DNA from: a virus
Lineage: Duplodnaviria; Caudoviricetes
Virus record (IMG/VR): IMGVR_UViG_3300033407_000049
Location: 1 to 41,454 of that record
Strand: one strand, 5' to 3'
Length of the DNA: 41,454 bases
Shown here: positions 1 to 8,587 of the stretch, piece after piece
How the letters are laid out: the number at the start of each line of letters is the position of its first letter
How positions within the stretch are numbered: the stretch's first letter is position 1
The notes under the pieces: model-generated
What the model saw: the letters and a program-made list of their open reading frames with translations, nothing else
Told to the model about the DNA's origin: nothing
Database searches by the model: none
Position numbers and translations under genes: made by a program

Positions 1-213
1 CTGGGAGCCATCCGCCATGCTGGACGCTACGCCAAAGAAGGGGATACGCTCAGCAAATTCATAAAAGCTGCTGATGCCCTTCTTCAAGCCATCACCGCCG
101 AATACGGTCAGAAACTCTGTCCGATCTGCAAAACAAAGATTGATATTTTCTGTCGTGCTTGTAACAAGGAAGAATGTTGGGAAGCACTCTATACGTGTAA
201 AAACAAGGAGTAA
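1..213 (+). CDS. 3' end of a hypothetical protein (partial), Cys-rich C-terminus
   Basis: Frame 1 is open from base 1 to TAA 211-213 (…QKLCPICKTKIDIFCRACNKEECWEALYTCKNKE*); the stop abuts the RBS of the next gene. Read manually, not in the ORF track. Confidence 0.6.
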   Translation: MGAIRHAGRYAKEGDTLSKFIKAADALLQAITAEYGQKLCPICKTKIDIFCRACNKEECWEALYTCKNKE

Positions 214-459
214 CTGCTATGCAAAAACCCACCATACAGGAATTACTGGACATTATTGCGCACCAAGCCATTCAATTGGTAAAACTTCAGCAACAAAACC
301 ATGAATTGGCTGAAATTGCTCTAAAACACGAAAATTGGATATGGCAAGCAAAAGGTGATGCAAATTACCCCGACAACGTCAGTTTTGACGTCGTATGGGC
401 GGATGCTTTAAAAGCATTGAAACGGTCCAAATTGAAATAACAAGGAGTCACTGCTATGC
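202..459 (+). repeat. 21-nt direct repeat pair (RBS plus start codon) flanking ORF 219-440
   Basis: AACAAGGAGTaACTGCTATGC at 202-222 and AACAAGGAGTcACTGCTATGC at 439-459, one mismatch. Confidence 0.85.
219..440 (+). CDS. hypothetical protein, 73 aa
   Basis: AAGGAG RBS upstream of ATG; packed between neighbouring genes. Confidence 0.75.
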   Translation: MQKPTIQELLDIIAHQAIQLVKLQQQNHELAEIALKHENWIWQAKGDANYPDNVSFDVVWADALKALKRSKLK

Positions 460-1418
460 GTCATGCAATCTACGGTTCTACGGCCCTGGCTGCCTCGGTA
501 GCCATCTTGGTCAAGGAGGCGGCCTTTGATACGGACAAGATCAAGAAAGCCTACATCGACGAGCTGGGGGCCAATCCCGGGGCATTCATCGCCTACGATC
601 TCTGGTATGATGCCAACAACAAGTGTCCGGCCGAGCTGGCCAAGGTCCATCTGAAGAATGTGCTTTTTTCCGTCAAACAGATGGGCATCAAGACCATCCT
701 GATTGCCGATGCCAATTACTTCAAGTATCTGACCAAACAGACCAAACCGGCATCCAATTTCCTTGGTTACGCAGTGCCATCCAAGATCGAAGATTACGAG
801 GACGAGTTCACCGTCTTCTATGTGCCGAACTATCAAGCCGCCAAATACAATCCCAAGACCGCACAGGAAATGCAGCGTGCCTTGGACCACTTCCGGCCTT
901 ATCTGGCTGGTAACTACACCGAACCCGGTACCAACGTCATTAATTCTGCTAAGTATCCTAAAAGTTTGGAAGCAATTAAAGATGCTCTCGAATGGCTACA
1001 TACCAAGGATGTGCTAGCGGTGGATATCGAAACGCGCTCTTTGAAATTTTGGGAAGCCGGTCTGGAGACCATTGCTTTTGCTTGGGATAGGCACAACGGT
1101 ATCGCCTTCTGTATCGATAGGGATAACACAGAAAAAGCTTGTAAGGCTGTCCGTAAAATGCTAAAAGAGTTTTTTACGTTATATTCAGGCAAACTTATAT
1201 GGCACAATTTAGGCTATGACGGGAAGGTTTTAGTACACGAACTATGGATGAATGACTTACAGGATATTGTGGGGATGATCGAGGGAATAAAAATAATGAC
1301 TAAATCTTTTGATGACACAAAAATAATTGCTTACCTGGCAACTAACAATGCAGTTTCCAACGAACTTGGCTTAAAAAGTCTATCAGCAGAGTATATGGGA
1401 AATTACGGGGTATTATAA
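456..1418 (+). CDS. DNA polymerase (family A, N4 gp39-like), N-terminal part with ExoI/ExoII
   Basis: AAGGAG RBS; ExoI motif AVDIET, ExoII motif WHNLGYD, then DDTKIIAYLATN and LGLKSLSAEYMGNY typical of N4-like polymerases; ends before ExoIII. Confidence 0.9.
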   Translation: MRHAIYGSTALAASVAILVKEAAFDTDKIKKAYIDELGANPGAFIAYDLWYDANNKCPAELAKVHLKNVLFSVKQMGIKTILIADANYFKYLTKQTKPASNFLGYAVPSKIEDYEDEFTVFYVPNYQAAKYNPKTAQEMQRALDHFRPYLAGNYTEPGTNVINSAKYPKSLEAIKDALEWLHTKDVLAVDIETRSLKFWEAGLETIAFAWDRHNGIAFCIDRDNTEKACKAVRKMLKEFFTLYSGKLIWHNLGYDGKVLVHELWMNDLQDIVGMIEGIKIMTKSFDDTKIIAYLATNNAVSNELGLKSLSAEYMGNYGVL

Positions 1419-2080
1419 TGCCTAAAAAGTATGAAAGCCTGGTAGGACAGAATTTTGGATTATTATCGGTAATTGCGGATATTGCCTTAATTCCGAATAA
1501 ACCTCGTCGAGTATTTGTACGATGCGCCTGCGGTAAAGAGTTCGCCGTTAAACCAGCCAGTTTAAAAAATGCTACAAAATCTGTAAAAAGTTGTGGTTGT
1601 ACTCGAAATCACGGCAAACAAGGTAATAGGTTATATAGTATTTGGAGGAATATTAAACAACGATGCACCAATCCTAAATTAACACAATATAAATACTATG
1701 GTGGTAGAGGTATAAATTTATGTCCTGAATGGGAAAATTTTCTTAACTTTTACTCTTGGGCAGTAACTAATGGTTATGCCGATGATTTTACAATAGATCG
1801 TAAAAATAATGACGGAGATTATGAACCTACAAATTGCAGATGGGTATCAAGAACAATACAAAACAGAAATAAACGGACACTCCTCCAACGGAAGAATTTT
1901 ACTAAATTTATTGGTGTATGTTTTTATATAAATAATAATAAATGGGCCTCCTATATTAATGTGAATAAAAGGCGCTTACATTTGGGGTATTATGATACCG
2001 ATCTGGCGGCTGCTATAGCAAGAGATACCTATATAGTAGATAACCGACTAAGCGGTTTTATGATGAATGAGGTACTGTAA
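1418..2080 (+). mobile_element. free-standing HNH homing endonuclease with C-terminal AP2-like domain, inserted in the DNA polymerase gene
   Basis: CxCG and SCGC motifs; RLYSIWRNIKQRC, YGGRGI, TIDRKNNDGDYEPTNCRW (HNH-type); C-terminal FIGV…WASYI…LHLGYY…AAIARD (AP2-like); AT-rich; TAATG overlaps at both ends. Confidence 0.9.
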
Positions 2081-3678
2081 TGAATGTCACGGCTAAAATA
2101 GATACGCCAGCTCTCCTTGATTATAACTTACGCGATACCTTGGCGACCTGGTTCGTTCACGAGAAGTATTTCCCTAAGATGGTCGCCGACGATCAGTTGG
2201 CAATCTATGAGGAATTGTTCAAACCATCAGTGATCACTCTGCTGCAAACCGAACTGGTCGGGATGCCGATCCTGCCGCACAAGGTGGCCGAAGCCAAACG
2301 CACCCTGACTCGGCTGCAACAAGAGCATCTGACAATCCTGAATAAGTCTCAGTTACTCCAGGAATTCCAGCTTGATGTCAAAGCCCGCAAAGTGGTGGAG
2401 TTTACCGAAGCCGCTAAGAAAAAAGTCTTTACCCTGGATGACCCAAGAATCGAACGCCTGCAGTTCAATCCAGGCAGCAACCAGCAGGTCGCAGAGTTTC
2501 TCTTTGATTATCTCAAACTGCCGATCCTGGATTTGACCGATACCAATCAGCCGGCCGTTGGTATCAAGACGCTGAAGAAGCTCCTGAACCACACGACCAA
2601 ACCGGAGTACCTGGAGATCATCAATGCTCTGATTGATTTGTCCCAGGTAGAAAAGATTCTCTCTTCCTTTATCCCCGCTTTTGAAAACAATTCGGTACAA
2701 CTGCCGGACGGAAGCTGGCGCCTGTATGGCAATTTTAACCTGGGCGGAACGGTTTCAGGCCGTCTATCCAGTTCAGAACCGAACCTGACCAACATTCCAA
2801 GTAAATCCACTTGGGCCGATCTAATCAAGGAGTGTTTTGGCTGCACCATTGGCTGGCTGTTCGGCGGGGCCGACTTCAATTCCCTCGAAGACATGATCTC
2901 GGCGTTAACCACCCGGGATCCCAACAAGATGAAAGTTTACCTGGACGGATTTGATGGTCACTGTCTGCGGGCTTATTCCTATTTCAAGGATCAAATGCCC
3001 GATATCGTTGAAACCGTTACTTCCATTAACAGCATCGCCAAGCTCTACCCGAAACTGCGCCAGCGATCCAAGGAGCCTACTTTCCTGCTCACCTACCAGG
3101 GCACAAAACACGGCCTGATGAACAGTCTGGGTCTGGGCATGGAGGAGGCCGAAAAGATCGAAACCAATTATCACGAACTGTATAAAGTTTCGGATCAATG
3201 GGTGGCCGATCGGCTGCAGCAAGCCTGCGTCGATGGCTACGTCACTGGTGCCTTTGGCTTGCGGCTCAGAACGCCGCTGCTGAAAATGAATGGCCCAGGT
3301 AAGCTCCATTACAAAGCTGCCGCAGAAGGCCGTACAGCCGGCAATATGCTCGGCCAATCCTACGGGATGCTCAATTCCCGGGCGGCCAATGAATTCCGCG
3401 AAAGGGTCTGGGCTTCGCCCTATCGGTATGATATCTTGCTTTGCGGCCAGATCCACGATGCGATTTACGTTATCTGGCGCAACACTGTCGCCATCACCCA
3501 CTGGGTCAATGAGAATTTAATTGCTTGTATGGAATGGGACGGTTTAGTAGAGTTGCGCCATCCCACGGTGAAGGTTGGAGCCGAGCTGGATATTTATTAT
3601 CCCGACTGGGCACACGCAACTACGCTTAAGAACCGCATGACGAAAACTGCTATTTATTCTGTATGCAAACTGCCATAA
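2080..3678 (+). CDS. DNA polymerase (family A), C-terminal part: ExoIII plus polymerase domain
   Basis: GAGGT RBS; ExoIII YNLRD; TVSGRLSSSEPNL; motif A GADFNSLED, motif B RQRSKEPTFLLTYQG, motif C QIHDAIY. Confidence 0.92.
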   Translation: MNVTAKIDTPALLDYNLRDTLATWFVHEKYFPKMVADDQLAIYEELFKPSVITLLQTELVGMPILPHKVAEAKRTLTRLQQEHLTILNKSQLLQEFQLDVKARKVVEFTEAAKKKVFTLDDPRIERLQFNPGSNQQVAEFLFDYLKLPILDLTDTNQPAVGIKTLKKLLNHTTKPEYLEIINALIDLSQVEKILSSFIPAFENNSVQLPDGSWRLYGNFNLGGTVSGRLSSSEPNLTNIPSKSTWADLIKECFGCTIGWLFGGADFNSLEDMISALTTRDPNKMKVYLDGFDGHCLRAYSYFKDQMPDIVETVTSINSIAKLYPKLRQRSKEPTFLLTYQGTKHGLMNSLGLGMEEAEKIETNYHELYKVSDQWVADRLQQACVDGYVTGAFGLRLRTPLLKMNGPGKLHYKAAAEGRTAGNMLGQSYGMLNSRAANEFRERVWASPYRYDILLCGQIHDAIYVIWRNTVAITHWVNENLIACMEWDGLVELRHPTVKVGAELDIYYPDWAHATTLKNRMTKTAIYSVCKLP

Positions 3679-3687
3679 GGAGAGTGA

Positions 3688-4092
3688 ATGCAACTGGTTG
3701 CGAAACTCCATTCGCCCCTCACGGTGTATTTGCCGCGTAAAACCAAAACCGATAGGGCTTTCATCCTCAATCTGAACAACTACCGTAATACCAATTTTCA
3801 TATCCTGAATCAGGCTAAACAGCTTTACAAAGAGGCCATGACGCCGCAGATAATGCGACTTCCCGATTTGCATAAAGTAGCGGTACGGTTCGTCTTCTTC
3901 CCCGGTACCCGGCGAATCACTGATACGCCAAATGTCTGCTCGGTCCACGACAAATTCTTTATGGATGCCGTCGTGGAATGCGGCAAGATGCCCGGTGACG
4001 ACTACCGCTTTTACGTGGAAACGGGCTACAAATTCGGCGATATCGACCGGAGCAATCCCCGGGTAGAAATCGAAGTATACTCCAAACCCTAA
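3688..4092 (+). CDS. RusA-like Holliday junction resolvase/endonuclease
   Basis: DxxN…K…D…DD pattern (DTPNVCSVHDKFFMDAVVECGKMPGDD) and C-terminal NPRVEIEV; AAGGAG RBS. Confidence 0.75.
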   Translation: MQLVAKLHSPLTVYLPRKTKTDRAFILNLNNYRNTNFHILNQAKQLYKEAMTPQIMRLPDLHKVAVRFVFFPGTRRITDTPNVCSVHDKFFMDAVVECGKMPGDDYRFYVETGYKFGDIDRSNPRVEIEVYSKP

Positions 4093-4097
4093 GCAAC

Positions 4098-4112
4098 ATA
4101 GCCTCCGGCTAT
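4098..4112 (+). promoter_or_regulatory. hairpin with GGA triloop on the template strand (N4 vRNAP-promoter-like)
   Basis: ATAGCC-TCC-GGCTAT followed by TTTTG; template strand reads CAAAA-ATAGCC-GGA-GGCTAT; intergenic. Confidence 0.5.
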
Positions 4113-4123
4113 TTTTGTGAATC

Positions 4124-4154
4124 TCCCCGACTTGTTCTTCGAGTCGGGGATTTT
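4124..4154 (+). terminator. putative intrinsic terminator or RNA hairpin
   Basis: TCCCCGACTTG-TTCTT-CGAGTCGGGGA then TTTT; 11-bp stem with one G-T pair. Confidence 0.6.
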
Positions 4155-4195
4155 CGTCCCATGTATTTCCATAACGCGTTTCTTAAGGAGGAACT

Positions 4196-5227
4196 GTGAA
4201 ATTTACCAACAACAATAAAATCGGCCTGTCCACTGCTGTTTTCCTCGTTCACGACGACTACGATTACGATCCACGATCCAATGCCATATCCGCCACTGGA
4301 CTACTCAAATCGGCCCGTCAAGCTATCCTCTCCCAGCGGGCGGTAGTCAAGACCACGGTCATGGATATCAGCCAACTGGTGGCCTCCTCTTTCGGTACCG
4401 CCGTCCATGATGCGGTGGAGAAAGCCTGGTCCAACGGTAACCATATCAAAGCCCTGCGTAAACTGGGCTATCCTCAGCGAGTCATCGATCGGGTGATCAT
4501 CAACCCCGGCTATAGCGAAGTTGCCGGCAAACTGGTCAAGGACCCCAATGCCCAACCCCTGCCGCCGAAAGCGATCCCCGTCTACATGGAGATCCGTTCG
4601 GAAAAGGAAGTCGAAGGAATCATCATTACCGGCAAGTTTGACTTCGTCGGCGACGGCGAACTGGAAGACCACAAGACGACGGGCGTCTTCACCTACATGA
4701 AGAAATCCAACGACGAGAAGTACCGTCTGCAAGGTTCCATCTATCGCTGGCTTAATCCACAGATTATCACCAGTGACCGGATGCTGATCAACTATACCTT
4801 CACCGACTGGAACAAACTGAAGTCGATGATCGAGAAGCATCTGGGTTATCCTGAATTCCGTATGATGACCGTACCTTTCACCCTGATGCCGCTGGAAGAA
4901 ACCGAAGCCTGGGTGACCGCCAAGGTGAAGGAACTGAAAGCCAATCTAGGCAAAGATGAAGGTGCTCTGCCACTCTGTACCAAAGAAGAGCTGTGGCAGG
5001 ACGATACCGTCTACAAGTATTACAAAAATCCCAATGACAAGAAGCGGTCCACCCGCAACTACGACAACTTCGCCGAAGCTCAGGCCCACCTGATGAAGGA
5101 CGGCTCGGTCGGCGTGATCGACATCATTACCGGCAAGGTCAAAGCCTGCCTTTATTGCGCCGCTGCCGGCATCTGTTCTCAAGCCAAACAACTGGTCATT
5201 GACGGCCTGCTGGATATGGAGATTTGA
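4196..5227 (+). CDS. PD-(D/E)xK Cas4-like exonuclease (N4 gp42-like)
   Basis: GTG start with AAGGAGG RBS; ISATGLLK, GTAVHDAVE, GKFD…DHKTT, YRLQGSIY; C-terminal C…CLYC…C cluster; lies just before the primase as in N4. Confidence 0.85.
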   Translation: MKFTNNNKIGLSTAVFLVHDDYDYDPRSNAISATGLLKSARQAILSQRAVVKTTVMDISQLVASSFGTAVHDAVEKAWSNGNHIKALRKLGYPQRVIDRVIINPGYSEVAGKLVKDPNAQPLPPKAIPVYMEIRSEKEVEGIIITGKFDFVGDGELEDHKTTGVFTYMKKSNDEKYRLQGSIYRWLNPQIITSDRMLINYTFTDWNKLKSMIEKHLGYPEFRMMTVPFTLMPLEETEAWVTAKVKELKANLGKDEGALPLCTKEELWQDDTVYKYYKNPNDKKRSTRNYDNFAEAQAHLMKDGSVGVIDIITGKVKACLYCAAAGICSQAKQLVIDGLLDMEI

Positions 5228-5228
5228 T

Positions 5229-5429
5229 ATGAATTGTAAACTCAATCTGGAAATGCAAATTGGCGCCCGGTTTATTTCCAACCAAGAACTTCCACCAGAA
5301 GAGCAGGAATCCCTGGATGCGCTCAACCAGCATACCGAAGCCATCTGCGAAACCTTGCAACCGATCTTCCAACAACTGATTATTGAAATGCTTGAACTCA
5401 AGCGTCAGACCTTTACCCAAGGAGGGTAG
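5229..5429 (+). CDS. hypothetical protein, 66 aa
   Basis: ATG at 5229 with GGAG upstream (start shortened from the ORF track); fills the gap between exonuclease and primase. Confidence 0.6.
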   Translation: MNCKLNLEMQIGARFISNQELPPEEQESLDALNQHTEAICETLQPIFQQLIIEMLELKRQTFTQGG

Positions 5430-5431
5430 CC

Positions 5432-5653
5432 ATGCGGGACCTCGACCAGTTAAAATTCCATCCCATCGCTGAACAGATGGTGGAAATCCTTTGTGAACGG
5501 ACGCAGAACACCAATCCGCAATTCTTTCGCATGATGGTCTGCTATTATCTTTCGAAAATGGCGGCCACCATGCGCGTCCAGGTGAAGACCCTGGACCGGG
5601 GCAATATCCCGATCAACTTCTACGGCATCAATCTGGGTATCTCCGGGATCGGT
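5432..5653 (+). CDS. DNA primase (N4 gp43-like), exon 1
   Basis: GGAGG RBS; N4-like primase N-terminus (QNTNPQFFR…RGNIPINFYGINL); ends GISGIG, the first half of a Walker A motif. Confidence 0.9.
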
Positions 5654-5874
5654 TAATTTTAGCCGCCTATGCTTGCGAGAGCATAAGGAAAAGTTCTCTA
5701 ATTGCTGGAAACCCCTTAGAGCTAATTGAACTACAACGCAACTGGAAACGGTAAACGTGAATGTTTAAAAATCAATTAGATTGGGCAATCAGCAGCCAAG
5801 CACCGTGTAGGTGAAGGTTCAACGACTAGCCGAGAGGCGTAGAACTCAAGTGAGTTCGAAATGGGAACAGGGTA

Positions 5875-5926
5875 TTGTCCTTTACCATAAGATGTGCTAA
5901 GTTAGGCAAAATCTATGGTAAAGGAG
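5875..5926 (+). promoter_or_regulatory. RBS-sequestering hairpin with embedded sigma70-like promoter for the intron endonuclease
   Basis: TCCTTTACCATA (5878-5889) is the exact complement of TATGGTAAAGGA (5914-5925), which covers the AAGGAG RBS; TTGTCC (5875-5880), 17-nt spacer, TAAGTT (5898-5903) with extended -10 TG. Confidence 0.65.
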
Positions 5927-5931
5927 CACTT

Positions 5932-6528
5932 ATGTACAAAGACATCGAAGGGTACGAAGGATTTTATCAGGTAGGCAGTATGGGGGAAATTAAGGCACTA
6001 TCTCGCCGTGTTATTAACAAAAAAGGACGAGAGCAGTTTTACCCAGAAAAACAGTTAACACCTGATAAAGGCCCAAAAGGATATGCCAGGGTTACATTGA
6101 GCAAGAATCATAAAACGAAAAGATTTCTTGTTCACCGGTTGGTTGGTAAAGCATTTGTAAACAATCCAAACAACTGTCCCTGCATAAACCATAAAGATAA
6201 TGATCCATCCAACAATTGTGCTGATAATTTGGAATGGGTAACCCATTCCGAAAATATGATACACGCTCAAGAACAGGGCAGATTGTACACAGCACAATCA
6301 AATGGTGGACGAACAAGAGGTATTTCCGGCATACGGGCAGACGAAAAAATAGCTAAGTTGGTGGGATCTAAAATCAACAATTGGACTGTTCTTCGTTTTG
6401 CTGAATACCGGAAAAATAAAAAATACTTTCATGTTCGATGTTCTTGTGGGAACGAAGTCACAAGAGAACAGCATTATCTGGAAACGTATTCCCAAAATGG
6501 GTGCATTAAGTGCAAAACAAGACTCTAA
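5932..6528 (+). CDS. intron-encoded NUMOD4-HNH homing endonuclease
   Basis: ATG 5932 with AAGGAG RBS; NUMOD4 motif KDIEGYEGFYQVGSMGEIK; HNH motif VHRLVGKAF…INHKDNDPSNNCADNLEWVTHSENMIH; C-terminal CSCG…CIKC; stop overlaps intron element S. Confidence 0.9.
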   Translation: MYKDIEGYEGFYQVGSMGEIKALSRRVINKKGREQFYPEKQLTPDKGPKGYARVTLSKNHKTKRFLVHRLVGKAFVNNPNNCPCINHKDNDPSNNCADNLEWVTHSENMIHAQEQGRLYTAQSNGGRTRGISGIRADEKIAKLVGSKINNWTVLRFAEYRKNKKYFHVRCSCGNEVTREQHYLETYSQNGCIKCKTRL

Positions 6529-6609
6529 GATATAGTCTAGTCTGCAATGAGAGTTGCAGCAGCCGTGTTTACGGCGGGAGTGGATTAACGACCCACTTTG
6601 AATATAACG

Positions 6610-8568
6610 AAGGGCTTCAGCACTAATATCCTCGAAGACCAGATTATCGACAAATTCCGCAACGTGTTCTTCGAGCAGACTCTACCAAAGATCGCCGAAA
6701 ACAATCTGCGGGCGTTGTCGGTACGACGCACCAATATTTATAACTCCAACCCCAGCCTCTCCACCCCGATGATCGACTTCGACGCCATGTACGAAGACGT
6801 GAAGAAGGAATATGAAAGCCTCGGCAAGATGGCTTTCTCCTTCGACTCGGGTACGACGGCTGCAGTCAAGCAGATGCGCCACAAACTGCTTATGGCCGGC
6901 ATCGGCGCCATGAACCTGGAGATCGACGAGATCGGCTCCAATCTGCTCGGCAACGTGGATGTGCTCAGTACCTTCCTTGAACTGTTCGACGTCGGCAAGG
7001 TCAAACAGAAGCTGACCAAGAACACCAAGGAGAACACCCGCTCGGAAGAGATCGAAGGGAAAACGCCAACCAACCTGATGCTCTTCGGTACGCCGGCCAA
7101 ACTGTTTGACGGCGCCAAGACCGAAGACGAATTCTGGACCTTTATCAATACCGGCTATGGCCGTCGTTGCTTCTTTGGCTACGCCCAGGGAACCAGCCGC
7201 AACAAGACGCTGTCCGCCAAGGACGTCTTCGATCTGATGACCAGTACCCATTCGGCACAGCTCATCGAGTCGCTGTCCAATCGCTTTGCCATACTGGCCG
7301 GCGATGTCAACTACGGCAAGGAGATCCTCATCTCCAAAGACGTCAGTCTGTCTTTGATCGATTACAAGCTCTACTGCGAGAATCTGGCCGATACTCTGGG
7401 CGATCACGAAGAAATGCGTAAAGCAGAGATCTGCCACCGCTATTTCAAAGCCCTCAAATTGGCCGGCACTTTCGCTTTCATCGACGGACACGGCGAGATT
7501 ACTGAAGACAATCTTTACTACGCCATCGCCATGGCGGAAGAGTCGGGTAAAGCCTTCACCCGGATGATGAACCAGGACAAGAATTACGTGAAACTGGCGA
7601 AATATATTGCCAGCATTAACCGGGAAGTGACCCATGTCGATCTGAACGAAAGCCTGCCTTTCTACAAGGGAGCGGTCGCACAGAAACAGGACATGATGCA
7701 ACTGGCTATCGCCTGGGGCTATAAGAATTCGGTAATAATCAAACGGAAATTTGAAAGCAACATCGAATTCATTACCGGGGAAACCCTGCGGAAAAGCGAT
7801 CTGAACGAAATCTACCTGTCCCACAGCTCCGATATCGCGGTCGGCTACAAGAACGTCCAAGCCCCCTTCAGCAAGATTCCCGAACTGGTCAAGATGAAGG
7901 ACCACCATTGGTGCAGCCATCATTCGGCCAATGGACGCAGAGCCGAAGAGAACATGGTCGATGGCTTCAATCTGGTGGTGCTGGATGTGGATGGCGGGGT
8001 AAAGATCGATACGGTCAAAGCCCTGCTGAAAGACTACACGTACATTATGCACACCACCAAACGGCATACGCCGCAGGAACACCGTTTCCGAGTGCTCTTG
8101 CCGATCAACTACATTCTGAAATTGAACGAAATGGACTTCAAGGAGTTCATGCGGAATATCTACGAATGGCTGCCGTTCAACTGCGACACCGATACCGGCC
8201 AGCGTGCCCGGAAGTGGGCCACTACAGAAGGGACAGAGATCCATGTCAACGATGGCACAGTGTTGGATGCCCTACTTTTTATTCCCCGCACCAGCAAGAA
8301 TGATGAGCGACAAGCGAGACTCCAGCAATTCCAGGATATGGACGGTATCGAGCGTTGGTTTATGTCGAACTCAGGGGACGGTAATCGTAACAACCAATTG
8401 TTGCGCTATGCCCTGATGCTGGTCGATTCGGGCTACAACTTGGTGGATATCGATATGAAAGTCGAAGCCCTCAATCGGAAACTGGACAATCCCCTCAGTA
8501 ACGAGGAGATCGAACAGACCATCCGTAAAACGGTATCCAAGAAGTATTACCAGGCCGGAGGTACTTGA
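6610..8568 (+). CDS. DNA primase (N4 gp43-like), exon 2; spliced product 726 aa
   Basis: Begins KGFSTNILE; EIDEIGSNL; AEP-type motifs LDVDGG and HTTKRH…HRFRVLLP; PriCT-like GNRNNQLLRYA. Confidence 0.92.
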   Translation, partial: KGFSTNILEDQIIDKFRNVFFEQTLPKIAENNLRALSVRRTNIYNSNPSLSTPMIDFDAMYEDVKKEYESLGKMAFSFDSGTTAAVKQMRHKLLMAGIGAMNLEIDEIGSNLLGNVDVLSTFLELFDVGKVKQKLTKNTKENTRSEEIEGKTPTNLMLFGTPAKLFDGAKTEDEFWTFINTGYGRRCFFGYAQGTSRNKTLSAKDVFDLMTSTHSAQLIESLSNRFAILAGDVNYGKEILISKDVSLSLIDYKLYCENLADTLGDHEEMRKAEICHRYFKALKLAGTFAFIDGHGEITEDNLYYAIAMAEESGKAFTRMMNQDKNYVKLAKYIASINREVTHVDLNESLPFYKGAVAQKQDMMQLAIAWGYKNSVIIKRKFESNIEFITGETLRKSDLNEIYLSHSSDIAVGYKNVQAPFSKIPELVKMKDHHWCSHHSANGRRAEENMVDGFNLVVLDVDGGVKIDTVKALLKDYTYIMHTTKRHTPQEHRFRVLLPINYILKLNEMDFKEFMRNIYEWLPFNCDTDTGQRARKWATTEGTEIHVNDGTVLDALLFIPRTSKNDERQARLQQFQDMDGIERWFMSNSGDGNRNNQLLRYALMLVDSGYNLVDIDMKVEALNRKLDNPLSNEEIEQTIRKTVSKKYYQAGGT

Positions 8569-8572
8569 TCGG

Positions 8573-8587
8573 GCTGCCTCCGGCAGC
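8573..8587 (+). promoter_or_regulatory. second hairpin with GGA triloop on the template strand
   Basis: GCTGCC-TCC-GGCAGC, sharing the GCCTCCGGC core with 4098-4112; intergenic, followed by TTCTTTGG. Confidence 0.5.

Larger units (their letters stand above)
5654..6609 (+). mobile_element. group I intron (IA2-like), 956 nt, with endonuclease ORF in the P8 loop
   Basis: P1 CGGU|UA-AUUU-UAGCCG with U-G pair at the 5' splice site; P AATTGCTGGAAA (5700-5711), Q AATCAGCAGCC (5787-5797), R GTTCAACGACTA (5817-5828), S AAGATATAGTCT (6527-6538); terminal G6609; splicing restores GISGIG|KGFS in frame. Confidence 0.92.

Noticed and set aside
1418-2080. Group I intron, intein or ribosomal bypass as the explanation for the polymerase interruption
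   Set aside because: No intron core elements or non-coding flanks; the insert is out of frame with stops and lacks intein termini; ~660 nt is far longer than the 50-nt T4 gene 60 hop, and pol-C has its own SD and ATG.
4196-5227. CRISPR-associated Cas4 or CRISPR locus
   Set aside because: No repeat-spacer array or other cas genes; this is the conserved N4-type replication exonuclease.
5875-5931. Longer ORF-track starts (also 10147, 12029, 15536, 27450, 5199)
   Set aside because: Downstream starts have clear SD sequences; the extensions overlap structured RNA or neighbouring genes.
6598-6609. TTG start for a stand-alone 656-aa primase
   Set aside because: These bases are the intron 3' end; there is no RBS, and splicing restores the Walker A motif.
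6682-8244. 520-aa ORF on the - strand (and similar antisense ORFs at 8608-9351, 9354-10244, 20481-21386, 38472-39275)
   Set aside because: Antisense to well-supported genes; no recognisable protein features.
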